DNA from: Heterodontus francisci
Lineage: Eukaryota
Length of the DNA: 64,000 bases
Assembly (NCBI RefSeq): GCF_036365525.1
Contig: NC_090397.1
Coordinates: 13,252,289 to 13,316,288 of the forward strand
Reading direction: 5' to 3'
The translations under genes and the position numbers were made by a program. Below are positions 37,170 through 50,469 of this stretch, one piece after another (position 1 is the stretch's first letter; every line of letters begins with the position of its first letter). The notes beneath the pieces were generated by a model. The model was not told the origin of the DNA. It worked only from the letters and a program-made list of their open reading frames with translations, and did not search any database.

Positions 37170-37740
37170 TTACAGCAGGAAGTTTTGCTGAACCTTTATA
37201 GAGCTCTGGTTAGGTCCCAACTGGGAGTATACTGTGTCTAGTTCTGGTCCTTGAGGGGGTGCAGAGGAGATTTACCAGAATGGTTCCAGGGATGGGGGAT
37301 TTTAGCTACAAAGTTATTTTGGAGAAGCTGGGGTTGTTCTCCTTGGAGAAAAGGAGATTGAGGGGAGATTTGATGGAGGTGTACAGGATTATGACAGGTT
37401 TAGAGAACGTAGATTTTTTAAAAAGCTGTTCCCATTACCTGATTTTACAAGGACCCAGGGCCACAGATTTAAGGTTTTGGGCAAGATATGCAGGTGGGAG
37501 GTGAGGAAGAACTTTTTTACGCAGCGAGTGGTAATGACCTGGAACTCATTGCCAACTCACTGGTGGAAGCAGAGACAATGAATAATTTTAAAAAGAAATT
37601 GGAGGGACACTTGAGGGAAATAAACTTGCAGAACTACGGGGATAGAGCAGGAAATGGGACTGTCTGCATTACTCAGAGAACTGACATGGACTTGATAGGC
37701 CGAATGGCCTCCTTCTGTGCCATAATGACTCTATGACTCT
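37170..37740 (+). mobile_element. CR1 3' fragment
   Basis: QRRFTRMVPGM…RRLRGDL with (ATGACTCT)n tail. Similar CR1 3' pieces at ~3225-3470, 8725-8940(-), 11480-12150, 14380-14645, 16500-17560(-), 20520-20990, 34330-34850, 36320-36850 and 46470-46955. Confidence 0.88.
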
Positions 37741-39019
37741 TTGGCGGAATAGACTTGAGAGGCTGAATGGCCCACTTGTGTTCCTATTCATTTTGCATTA
37801 TTATTTCATGATCTGAAGATGGACCAAAGCTTTTTTGGGGAGGAAGAAACATAATTCCAGCACTGTTAGTGCTGATTCTTTGACTGCTCCACCCCACTCC
37901 CTTCAATACTGCCCCACCCCACTGGGACTGCAAAGTCAATGAATTTACAATGCTGGCCCTAGGTCCTAGTATTTCACATGAGCAACTTGCCTTTCCACTG
38001 TTGAATGATGCTTTATAATAATCACCAAGTATCGGTCATTGCACATTAACCAATAGTTCACAACAGTAAACTTCATTGGGGTAGCAATTCCAGGGGCACA
38101 GAAGGCCGGAGAGTGAGTGGATCATCCGCCAGGCCTCACATCAGTAAATTTTCCATCTCCTTTAAATTTTGGCCCAAATTGTGGTCAGTGAGTTGGGGGT
38201 GGGGGGGTGGGGAAAGCGGGGAGCCTTCTGCCCACAATTACCCAACATCTTGGGGGGGACACTCCAGGATGCCAACTGTGCCATCAATAGGCCCACTAGA
38301 ACTTTTATCAGTTGAGGGCCTGACTAAAGTCCTGCTGCCAGAGGTGATTGATCTCAGACCAGGATCGATTACCTGGCTAAACATACTCTTTTCCTCCCTC
38401 AGGTGGTTTTTACACAATTTTCCACCCTGTTGTCTTCAGCAGATGCCTGGGCCTCGCTTCTGCTCTCAGAGTGCCATGGCAACTCCCTGATTTACCCACT
38501 GATATTTAAAGTGGCTTATGGGCACCTTGAGATTGTAGATGAGGGTATTGGGGTTTGGGGGCGTCCCACTCTGCCACACATCCAAAGGGAATGACAATTG
38601 GTTGTATCCTACAATGGGTGGGGGCCATTTTCAGGGCTGGGTGACTGATTAGAGCTCCTGTTTTAAAGGGTTGTATTGAGCCTAATATTGCTTCAAACAT
38701 GATCCACACAATCATTCACATAATTCAGAGACATGGCAGCAATATTCAGCACATGCTCTCTCTATCTGTACATGGGAGTGTTGTTAAGCACAACTAACAC
38801 TGCTCCAGCTGCTTAAATTTGACTCTTTAAAAAATAAAAACCTCATGCATCAGATCAAGAGACCCCCCATACCTTCTTGTTCCCTGGGAGAGCTGAAAAG
38901 CCAGGTCAAAAATCCAAGGCCAATATGGGTGAAAAAAGTCTGGAAAATTCCTCATCAATCCCATTAGTTACTTGAAACTAGATGAGATGGTCACATTGAT
39001 CAGGACTTATACTACTTAG

Positions 39020-39244
39020 TGTTAAACTCCAGAAAGCTTGTTATGGAAGGATAATGCTGGAGCCTATCTTTACTCTGATTCACATTTATTGTACAGAGTA
39101 AAAGGATTACAAACATGTAGCTCCTCACTCAAACCCTCCACCAGTCTCAGTAAGTGTCTGTTTATAAGTGCTCAAGTGAGACCCCAATTAACACCCTCCC
39201 TCTGCATATAACCAAACAATTGATACACAATTAACAGATTAACA
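39020..39244. mobile_element. Short solo LTR
   Basis: TGTTAA…TTAACA termini with 5-bp TSD CTTAG (39015-19 and 39245-49). Confidence 0.85.
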
Positions 39245-40108
39245 CTTAGCGCCTACCTCTAGCTTGCCGTAATGTCTTAAAGATATACAGTGAATCAGTA
39301 CTCACCTCACAAGCCAACAACTTGTTCTATAGTTCTACTCATCACTGAATGAACCAACACCTAATCTACACACATCACTCCATCCTCCCCAATTTATCTA
39401 ATTGAAATAATTTGTCAGTGTTCACGTAATCTAATCCCTTTGTTATTTTATAGATCACAATCAAATTCCCTTTCAGTCTATATGCTTTTCTGTAGTTTAT
39501 AGACACAGCTCTTGAAGTCTATGTGAGGACCTGACCTTCTCCCGCACCACATGCCTTTCTTCAGCTGAAACTACTTTGTTCCCCCTCTCTTGGCAATTAC
39601 AATCTGTAATCAGCACCCAGGCACTACACAAGCACAGTCTAAAACAAATTTTCCCTTCCTTTCTGAGAAATGGTGCACTCCATTGGTTCACACCTTCTAT
39701 TCCTAAAACAGAAAGTTCCTGATTTCAGCCATGTTATTGGAGGAAAACTCCCCTGAACATGATTCCTGTGAGCCAGGCTACGTTAAGGAGAACAGGGTGG
39801 CTCTTTTAAATATATGGTGGCAAGCAGGTTCCCTATCTTCCTGAGTGAAGACAGTTAAGAACTAACTCTTCTGCTTTCACCTTCATTCCAGCATTTCCAC
39901 TACCAATTTTTTAACCAAAGTCAAACATTTATTCCTCCTTTGTTGACACCAAATATGGGATGAGCCAAATGGCCTCCTCCTGTGCTGTGTCATTTTATGA
40001 TTATCTGGAAAAGCCTTCATTGCTGTGTGAGAAATTTTCAGTGATCTTATTATGTTCAGATGAATTTATGCCAGAGAGTTTTTATGAGTGTTTTCTTATT
40101 ATTTACAG

Positions 40109-40258
40109 AATAGTTCAGGGCAACAGAAAATCTTTGTCCCAGGGACGTTGCTGTCCCAAGTTCAACAAAAGTCCACAGGACTACAGCATTTAAAATCCAT
40201 GCAGAACTTGGCATTCCAGCCCCCGATGCCTCGTCCTCCCCCAGTTGCATCCTGGTGA
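40109..40258 (+). CDS. LMNTD1: LMNTD1 terminal exon A (candidate)
   Basis: ttcttattatttacag| phase 0: NSSGQQKIFVPGTLLSQVQQKSTGLQHLKSMQNLAFQPPMPRPPPVASW*; unique sequence with a motif-like C-terminus. Confidence 0.65.
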   Translation, partial: NSSGQQKIFVPGTLLSQVQQKSTGLQHLKSMQNLAFQPPMPRPPPVASW

Positions 40259-42179
40259 ACTTTGATCATTGATCCAGGTCAGGCTTTAAAATATTTAAAA
40301 TTTGTGTACATATATATGGGAGAGAGAGAGAAATATTTTATACACGTTTATGTAGCATTCATTCCAATCAGACTCCACTTAAACTGTGCAATAGGGTACA
40401 ACTGAACTCCACTTTTGGATTCTCATGTATAATTCTGAAGCAAAACCATAGAGGAAAATTTCCATCCCAGCTCTGGCATTGAGCCCTTTGCTGGTTGAAG
40501 CCAGCAGTGGTTGATCAGCATCATCTTGCTCTCAGCAAATGGGCCAAATCTTGCTGGAGCGGGGCATTCCACAGCACGGGCTGTTAGGTAGATATTTTCT
40601 GGCACTCTTCAGCTGAAACATAACTTACGTTGCAACTTGCTGGAATTGCGAGCCGCTAATGAACGAAGACAATGGGGCATCTAGTACCTGAGCAAATGAC
40701 GCAGCTAACAGTCTATCGCTTTAATCCGATAAATTAAAGGATTGAGAAAGAAACAGGAATGATGGAGAAAGAGTGAATAAGAGTCAAATGAGGTACTGAA
40801 AGGGAAATAGAAAAAGGGAAAGAGATTGGATTAAGAGAGAGAGAAAAAAAGAGACAGAAAGGAAAAGTAACAAAAAAGTAAATTTTTACTTTTTAAAATC
40901 TTTAAGAAGAACTTACTACATGCAGGAATGAGAATCAACAGTTTACATTGTTCCCTTTTTGGGCTGGAGAGATTGATTGGCATTAACAATGCCAATTGCG
41001 TGGGTACTCAGATTCTGAATTACCAGACTTAACATTCGGTGGCGAGTTTAAAGGACAATTAATGGGCAGATCCAGCAAGTTCTTAAAAATAATGGGGCAT
41101 CTGAGAGTGAGACACTGTTTGAATAAAGCAAGCAGCAGAACAGCATAAATCAACCATCAAATTCCAGAGATTCGCAACTCGCGGCATATCTCTTCATCCC
41201 CTGAAATCGCAGGCCTATTTGCACCTTAATAATGTTGTGTGTTGTTAAGATGCTGTTATTTTTCCAGGAAATTTTAGCCCATTGATCAGACTTTTCCAAT
41301 GCATTTGTCATTTTCCTGATCTTTCCCTTTATTCCAATGCCCTTCCTACATTTTTTTCCTGCGGGCACCAAGAAAATTTGTTAGCGGGAAAAGAAATGCA
41401 TTAGTTCTTTCAGGATGAGACTGACACCCCATAATAATAGTTATGGTGATTACACAACAAGACCAGAGATTGAAAATAGTTTGCTGAAGTTTGGTTTTAT
41501 CACAACAGAGAAAACAGATATCCCACCTGTTTCATGCATTCTGTTAAAATCTCTACACACACATCAAACTCTCTTTCTCTCTCTCATCTCTATAGATTAT
41601 TAGCTTTTTATTTTCCTGCCAGTCCAACAAATATTAGAACGTGTTGTGATGCATCAATATTCAACATTCTATCAAGTGAAATTCTAATATAATTAGTGGA
41701 GAACCATTAGGGAATAGTTGAATGACCAGTTTATTCTGCTGGTCATGGCCAAGGAAGGAGTGCTCACATCGCAGTCTGTCAATCAGACTGTGCATCCTTC
41801 CACTACTTTCACACTGTTCTCCAAGGGAAGAATGTGAAGAGACAAGAACAGCAACCAGTTTATTCAGTGAATAAAAACGACTGTAAATCATTAACCACAG
41901 TTACAAAACTAGATATAACCTTTCCCATAGTGGTTGAAAACTTTATACACTTGCATTTGTTTTTGGTGTAGATTATTATAAACAAATAGAGTGCTTTAGT
42001 CACAGAAGTTGCCTTTCGCCGTTCTTCCTGCGCCACCAACTTGAAATCAGCCCAGCAAGTATTCAGCATGATATTGTTTTTGTGAGCGAGCCATAAAGTC
42101 AACTTGAGTCTCTTAGCTTCACAATGGCATGAAAAGAGAGAAATCTACCAACAAGCTGCCACTTCATCAGTTTTAGAAA

Positions 42180-44058
42180 GTAGATCCCATCCTTAGTTGA
42201 TAATACAACCAAGAACCAGGCTGAATATAGAAGGTTCAGAGGGGAAGTGAAAAAACAAATTAGAGATGCAAAGAGAGTATGAAAAGAGACTGGCAGCTAA
42301 TAAAAAGGAATCCAAAAGTCTTCTATAGGCATATAGATAGTAAATGGGAGTGGGGACAATTAGGGACCATAAGAGGATTTACGCATGGAGGCAGGGGACA
42401 TGGCTAAGGTATTAAATGAATACTTGCCATTGGTCTTTACCATGGTCTTTCACCATGACCTGTGCAAGGGTTGAAGGGTTTAAAACCTATAAGGAGGAGG
42501 AATTGGATAGGCTGTCTGTACTTAAAGTTAATAAGGCACCGGGACCGGATGTGATGCATGCAAGGATACTGAGGAAAATGAGAGTGCAAATTGCGGAGGC
42601 ACTGGCCATAATTTTCCAGTCTTCCTTAAAATCAAGAGTCGTGCCAGAGGACTGGAGAATTGCAAATGTTACACCTTTGTTCAAAAAGGGTGTAAGGATA
42701 AGCCCAGAAACTACAAGTAAGTCAGTTTAACCTCAGTGGTGGGGAAGCTTCTAGAAATGATAATTCGGGACAATATTAATAGTCACTTGGGCAAATGCAG
42801 GTTAGTTAAGTAAAGGGCAAATCGTGTTTAACTAACTTGCTGGAGTTTTTGATGAGGTAACAGAGAGGATTGATGTGTGTAATGCTGTTGATCTGGCATA
42901 CATGGACTTCCAAAAGACATCTGATAAAGTGCTGCACAACAGACTTGTGAGCAAAGTTATAGCTAATTGAATATAAGGGACGGTAGCAACATGGATACAA
43001 AATTGGCTGAGTGACAGGAAACAGAGAGTAGTGGTTAATGGATGTGTTCCAGACTGGAGGAAGGTTTCTCGTGGAGTTCTCCAGGGGTCAATGTCAGGAC
43101 CCTTGGTCTTCCTGATATATATTAATGACCTAGACCTTGGTGTACAGGGCACAGTTTCAAAATCTGCGAATGATACAAAACTTGGAAGCATTGTGAACTG
43201 TGAGGAGGATAGGAAATAGACAAGTTGGTGGAGAAGTGGCAGATGAAATTTGATGCAGAGAAGTGTGAAGTGATTCATTTTGGTAGGAAGAATGCAGAGA
43301 GACAATATAAAATAAAGGGTGCAATTCTAAAGGGGATGCAGGAGCAGAGGGACCTGGGGGTATATATGCATAAATCATTGAAGGTGGCAGAACAGGTTGC
43401 GAGAGCAGTTAATAAAGCATACAGTATCCTGGGCTTTATCAATAGGGACATAGAGTACAAAATCAACAAAGTTATGTTAAACCTGTATGGAACACTGGTT
43501 CAGCCTTAACTGGAGTATTGCATTCAGTTCTGGGTGCCACACTTTAAGAAAGATGTAAAGGCATTGGAGAGAGTGCTGCAAAGATTCATGAGAATGGTTC
43601 CAGGGATCAGGAACTTCAGTTATATAGATAGATTGGAGAAATTGGGACTGTTCTCCTTGGAGAAGGTTGAGTGGAGATTTGATAGAGGTATTCAAAATCA
43701 AGAGGAGTCTGGACAGAGTAGCTAGGGGAAAGCTGTTCCCATTGGTGGAAGGATCAAGAACAGAAGGGCGTAGATTTAAGGTAATTGGCAAAAGAAGCAA
43801 TGGCAACCTGAGGAAAAACTTTTTCATGCAACGAGTGGTTAGGACCGTGAAAGCACTGCCAGAGAGTGTGGTGGAGGCAGGTTCAAGCGAGGCATTAAAG
43901 AGGAAGTTGGATTATTATCCGAAAAGGAAGAATGTGCAAGGCTATGGGGAGAAGGCGAGGGAATGGCACTAAGTAAATTGCTCCTTCAGAGATCCAGCGC
44001 AGACACAACAGGCTGAATGGCCTCCTTCTGTGCTGTAACAATTCTGTGAATTCTGTGA
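42180..44058 (+). mobile_element. CR1 ORF2 3' portion
   Basis: KAPGPD, PEDWRIANVTPLFKKG, LIYINDLD and KCEVIHFG motifs; (ATTCTGTG)n tail. Confidence 0.92.
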
Positions 44059-44239
44059 TTCTCAGCACTCAGGCAGAAAGCTATTGCTGCAATCGCCAGT
44101 CCGTTGTAGAAGCCGTCCCAATTTTTGTTTCTGTTCAAATTAGCGGTAATGCAAATCAGACAGTTTCTATAAAGGGCAGTCAATCTGCAGCATCAGCTTT
44201 ACACCCAGGCAGTGATGTTGTTGGAGCAGCACTCATCTA

Positions 44240-45490
44240 GGCAGGTGGAGAGTACTCCATCACACTCCTGACTTTTGCCTTGTGAAAGACTTTGTCGAGT
44301 CAGGAGGTGTTATTCGACACAGAATTCCGAGCCTCTGACCTGCTCTTGTAGCCACAGTATTTATGTGGCTGGTCCAGTTAAGTTTCTGGTCAATGATGAT
44401 CTCCAGGATGATAGTGGGATTCAGAGATGGTAATGCCATTGAATGTCAAAGGAATGTGATTAGAATCTCTCATGTTGGAAACAGTCATTGCCTGACACTT
44501 GTGTGGCATGAATGTTACTTGCCACTTATCAGCCCAAGCCTGAATGTTGTCCAGGTTTTGTTGCTGAGGAACACGGACTGTTCCAATATTGAAGGATATT
44601 CGAATGGTATTGAACACTGTGCAATCATCAGTGAACATCCCCACTTCTGGCCTGACATTGCAGGGAAGGTCATTGAGGAAATAAAAACAGAGAGTGCTGG
44701 AAATACTCAGCAGGTCAGGAAGCATCTGTGGGGAGAGAAGCAGAATTAACATCTCAGGTCTGTGACCTTTCATCAGATCTGTTTTTATTTCAGATTTCCA
44801 ACATCCACAATATTTTCCTTTTGATGAAGCAGCTGAAGATGGTTGGGCCTCAGAAACTACCCTGAGGAACCCCAGCAGTGGTGGCCTGGGCTTGAGATGA
44901 TTGGCCTCCAATGACCACAACCATCTTCCTTTGTGCTAGGTATAACTCCAGCCAGTGATCAGTTCTCCCTGATTCCCACTGACTTCAATTTTACTCAGGT
45001 TCCTTGATGCCACACTCAGTCAACGACTGCCTTGATGTTAAAGGTAGTCACTCTGACCTCACCTCTGGAATTCAGCTCTTTTGTCCATGTTTGGACCAAG
45101 GCTGCAATGAGGTCTGGCAATGAGTGGTCCTGTCAGAATCCAAACTGAGCATTGGTGAGCAGATTATTTGTGAGTAAGTGTTGCATTGTCGATGACATCT
45201 TCCATCACTTTGCTAATGATTAAGAGTAGGCTGACGGGGTGGTAATAGACCAGATTGGATTTATACTGCTTTTTGTGGAAAGACATACCTGTATTGGAAC
45301 AGCTTGGCTAGGCGCATGGTTAGTTCTGGAGCAAAGTCTTCAGCACTACAGCCAGAATGCTGTCAGGGCCCACAGCTTTTGCTGTATCCAGTGCGCTCAA
45401 ACATTTCCTGACCTTACATAGAATGAACCAAATTGGCTGAAGACTGGTTTCTGTGATGGTGGAGACTAAGATGGATCGTCCACTCAGCAC
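44240..45490 (-). mobile_element. Decayed LINE RT fragment (CR1/L2 superfamily)
   Basis: FLNDLP…GMFTDDCTVF, WADKWQVTF, KAVGPDSI motifs on the - strand. Confidence 0.8.
44679..44821. mobile_element. Penelope terminal-repeat fragment inserted in a LINE
   Basis: Same tgctggaaatactcagcagg…agcatctgtgg…ttaac repeat as 50470; further copies at ~21484-21580 and ~36933-37070. Confidence 0.75.
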
Positions 45491-45499
45491 TTCCAGCTG

Positions 45500-45842
45500 A
45501 AGGTGGAAGCTTTGCAGCCAATGAAGTACTTTTTGAAGTGTTGTCGCGTAGGAAGCAGGGTCAGTCTGTGCATAGGTGATCATTTTTTGTGACATTGCTT
45601 GAGGGATAAATCAGGACACTGGGGAAAGCTGCCCTGCTCTTCATTGAAAAGTGCCACGAGATCTTTTGCATCCATCTGAGAGGGAAGACAGAACTTTGGT
45701 TTAACGTCTCATCCTAATGTCGGCATCTCTGATAGTACAGCACTCCCTCAGTACTGCACTGGAGTGCCAGCTAGGATTATATGTTCAAGTCTCTGGGGTG
45801 GAACCAACAACCTTCTAACACAGAGGTGAGAGTACTACCAAG
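45500..45842 (-). mobile_element. Deu-domain SINE, degenerate
   Basis: gagggataaa…gatcttttgcatccatctgagagg…cagcactccctcagtactgcact motifs shared with 21630-22085. Confidence 0.7.
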
Positions 45843-46978
45843 TGGGCAGTGGATTGGTAGCCTGTGGGGGAGATTGGTTCTTTTAATGTCGGGTCAAGAG
45901 GAGCACTCTTGCTCCTCCCAACTCTATATTCAACTAAGTACGGACCGGGGGAGGGCGCGGTCCTTCCTACAGGTTAGCACCACATTACACTGTGCCAGTT
46001 GAACACTTGGTGAGTGAAGTACTGGAGCATTCTCAGCTCGGAATTGGGTCCGATGTAAATCACAGGAGCTGACACCTGCAGTAAGCAGCAGGATTCAGTA
46101 GTCAGATGGGAGGAATTCAGTCTTGAGTCCATTTTACAATTTAGATCAGCTGGCAGTCAAACTTGGCAGTGCTCTGAATTCCCTGACTTAGATGGATTTC
46201 ATTACTCTGTCTTGGCAAACTTGGCAGAGTAGTATTGCTGTTCAAAGGTTAGTCTCCACATTCCATTTGACTTTACAACTCAGCATCATGAACACGGCTA
46301 GACTAATGGGGATTGTGCGTGAAAGTTATATCCAGTGTTTATTTTACATTAGAGCTATATTTAAACAGCCCATTAGACAAAATGTCAAGCAACTATGAAA
46401 TGGTTAACTCCAGAATGAATCTTGTGATTGGAAGTTGCATTTGCATTGGTCAACCTTCACCTAATACAGGAAAGGATAGAGAAGCACTGAAGACGCAAAA
46501 AAGATTTACAAGGATAATACAAGAACCAAGAAGTTATAACTATCATGAAAGGTTGAACATTCTGGGGCTATTTTCTCTAGACAAGAGAAGGCTGAAGGAT
46601 GACCTGATAGAGGTCTTTAAAATTATGAAAGGGTTTAAAGAGGATATTTCCACTAATGGGAAATCCAAAACTAGGGGCCATAAATATGAGAGTCAATAAT
46701 AAATCCAATAAGGAATTCAGGAGAAACTTCTTTACCCAGAGAGTGGTGAGAATGTGGAACTTGCTACCATGTGGCAGTGGTTCAGATGAATAGCATAGAT
46801 TTAAGGGGAATAAGTACATGAGGGAGAAAGGGGTAGAATAATAAGCTGATAGGGTTAGATGAAGTAGAGTGGGAGAAGGCTTGTGTGAAGCATAAAACAC
46901 CAGCATGGACGGGTTGGGCCAAATGGCCTGTTTCTGTTTTGGAAATTCTATGTAACTGTATCTGTTGTTATTTTTCAG

Positions 46979-47116
46979 CCTCACCATCGAGGGGTGCTGT
47001 GCATGAATCCGTCTCCATCTGCCTCCCCTCTACAACAGTTTTATGCCAAGGCTTCTCGCAATATCAACGTTCCCAATCAGACCTCACCCTGTCCCACAGT
47101 CCTCTCTAACCTTTAA
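46979..47116 (+). CDS. LMNTD1: LMNTD1 terminal exon B (candidate)
   Basis: gttatttttcag| phase 0: PHHRGVLCMNPSPSASPLQQFYAKASRNINVPNQTSPCPTVLSNL*; followed by AT-rich UTR-like sequence with AATAAA near 48591. Confidence 0.55.
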   Translation, partial: PHHRGVLCMNPSPSASPLQQFYAKASRNINVPNQTSPCPTVLSNL

Positions 47117-50100
47117 ATTGAATTTCAGAGATATTGCTGTCTTGACCATTAACAATCTCTGTGAGTCTGTGCAGTTGAATCTTGAAGAATCTGTTGAAAC
47201 AGACAAACCAGTGCAGAGTTTATTTTTTCTATTGTGACTTAATTTTGATGTTTGAAATGTTTACAGAGGTTTATCCTGCAATGTCGTGGTGTGTAGTGTT
47301 CAATTGGTAGCGGGGGCAGGTGGCGGTGGGGTAGTTGGTAGTGGCAGCAGGTCAGGGGAGTTGGTAGCTGTGGGGAGGGGGTGGGGAGATTAGTAGCCTA
47401 GGGAGTGAATTGGGGGAGAGAGAGATTGGTAACTTGGGATAGGGAGTGGATTGCTAATCCAAGGGGAGGGGGAGGGGGGGATGGAATTAGCAGCTGGGGT
47501 CGGTGGGCGGTGGATTGGTAGCCTGTGGGAGGATTGGTTCTTTTAATGTCAAGTCAAGAGGAGCACTCTTGCTCCTCCCAGCTCTATATTCGAGTAAGTA
47601 CAGACGGAGGGCGAGGCAGGGGGTGGGTGGGGGCAGGAGGTCCTTCCGACTGGTTAGCACCACACTAGGCTGTGCCAGTTCAGCACTTGGTGGGTGAAGC
47701 AGTGGAGCATTCAAAGCTCAGAGATGGGTCCATGTAAATCACAAGGACCTAATTTCAATTAAATATTCTGGCCTTTAGACATTCCCAACATGCATTCCTG
47801 CGTTAGCGCATCTACCTCATCGAAAATGGTGGACAGCTCACTTCCTGTCTGCTATATTGGTAACTTAGCAGACCGGTTACCACCTGAATTTGTCAGCCAT
47901 TGTGTGACCTATCCACATCTCCCTTATGCCAAAGAATTGTGTTGGAAACACAATTTGGCTTGAAAGCTCTCCAGCCTATAAAATAGAATTCTACTTTATC
48001 ACTGGAGGGGTATTGTTACAAAACAATTCCCATTATTATTTTCAGGGATTGGATGAACTGTATTTGAATGATGAGAATTAGTGCCTTCACCAAATTGGCT
48101 CTGATGTTTTATTTGCTGGATTTGTGCTTATATGAAATCTTTAGTTGAGGGAAAGTAAAGAACTTATAAAGAAATGGACACATCTGTGCTCCTTTTTGCT
48201 TCTAATGTTGGGCTTCTTTTTCCTTCCTTCCCAGTCAGCAGAAATACCTATCTTCATAAAAATAATTGGGTTTGAAGAAACGTGACCCAGTGGCTCCAAT
48301 CGGAAGGCAGTCAAATCCTATTTAGAAATTCAGTTTCTTTCAGGGTTTTGGACCCTAACAGATGAGCTCACCTTCCCTTGCATGAGCAGATCTCGCCAGT
48401 TCTGGGACTTGCATTGCGGCAGTACATAGGGTGGCGTATTCTGTTTTCAGGAAAGGGCAGGTGATCTGCCATACCATCTTTCAATCATAGGAGTGAGATG
48501 ATCTGGGGAAGCATGATGGTGGAAATAAAAAGTATCAATTATTTTCTCAGATTCACCAATACTCTTTGCCAAATGCTGATTACTTCTGCAAATAAATGTT
48601 TGCTTTACGTTTGATCAAAGTAAAACATTAAAAAATCTTTTTTTTTTAAACTAGCATTTTACTTTTATATTTTTTATTGCTCCTGCAGGTATTATATTCA
48701 AATAATTGCTTTGCCTGTCATTGGCTTAGTGAATTCTTGTGCTATGTGATGAGACTATAAAGATACAGAAAGTGGCCTGATGTTATGTTTGCATTCATTT
48801 TATGTACCACGTAGAAAAATATAAACTTGCATTTCTATTACGCCTTTTGTTGGCAACTGCTTTCCTGTTCTATTTCATTTCATTACTTTAAACGTTAGAG
48901 CACATAGACACCAGTTTAACAACCATAAAATCAGATCTTTAATGAGCTCATGTTACACAATCCAATATGAATACTCAGTCAAATCGTATCACAGATTCCA
49001 GTATGATTACATGATTGTTTATTATTGAGTTCATGATTCACTGTAAGAACTCAGGTATCACACTTCACAATTCCAGCGTGACTACTGCAATGGTTTACTC
49101 AAAACTCTTCTACCAATTCTACCTTTCATCCCATATTCCACCAGGAGAACTCGCCTGCTCTTCTTCCAATAGCGCTTTTGGATCATGAAAGGGCAGATGG
49201 GGCCTCAGTTTAACATCCCACCTGTATGAGGCACTTCTGACAGTGCAGCACTCCCTCAGTACTAACACTGATGTGTCAGCTGGATTATGCACTCAAGCCT
49301 CTGGAGTGGGACTATGAACCCACACAGGTGCTGCCACTGAGCCACTGTGGGTAATATGTCCATTGTTATGTCCTAAATTGCCCTCTGCTGGTTATCTAAA
49401 AAACGCAAAGCACTTTGGTCTGTAAATTCAAAATGCACATCTCCTGCCACTCAATTGAAACACATTTTATTGAATTTTGAACGATTCTCTCTCTCATGCG
49501 TTTGTCTCATCCTCTTTGAGCAATAGGTCAAAGATGCAAACTGTAAACTCTCTGCCAATAGCTGATGAATGTGTGCCTGCGTTTTTGGGGAGATGGGGCA
49601 ATATTGTCATGGACCCAGCCCCTTCCCAAGGAGGTGAAATGCTTAATTTAGTCAAGGATCTCCACCTTGTGGCCAAAATAAGAATGTTGCACATATATTG
49701 AAGAAAATAAACTTAAATTTTGTCGGAGATGCTTTCATTCTGCAATTGCAGGAAGTACAGATCTCTACCCTGGGTAGGTTTGTAGAATTATCCTCTTAAA
49801 TGCAGGGATAGAATAGTACATTCAGCATTTCCTTTATAACAACATCTTTATATTTTAATCATTCTGACATCACATTACCATACAGCGTGAACAGATCTTT
49901 AACAGTAGAATGTCATAGCAAATGTCATTGGCCTTTCTTTCATTTACAACAGCCTACAGCCAACAACGATTGTTTGCTTGGTATGTGACTCAACATGATC
50001 TCTGTATCCTTGGAGACTGGTTATGTTGCCATTAAGAATACTACCGAGCCTGCCTTCTGCCTGCAGGTATGGCTTTCCTTTAAACCTAGCTTCTGGATTT

Positions 50101-50469
50101 CAGACACCATGGGGTAGAATTTCCACAGGAGTTTCTGGTGCCCTCCCGTTGAAGCTACAGCACGAGATTGGGAGAAATTGCCACCAGGAGTCATTTTTCC
50201 TGTTGTGAAAGAAGATTAGAGAAAGAACTTGCCTTTTTATGGTGCTTTCACCACCTCAGGTCATCCGAAAGCATTTTTGCAGCTAATGAATTATTTTTGA
50301 ACTACAGCCACCATTATAATGTAGGAAACCCAGCAGCCAAATCTGCGCACAGCAAGCTCCCACAAATAGCAATGAGATAATAGAGTCATAGAGATATACA
50401 GCACAGAAACAGGCTCTTCGGCCCATTGTGCCTGTGCCAGCTCTTTGAAAGAGTCCCATTCCTCTACTC

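Noticed and set aside
46885-47109. ORF-track frame SPSRGAVHESV… as last exon
   Set aside because: Starts in a CR1 tail and would need phase 1, whereas the upstream donor at 35009 is phase 0.
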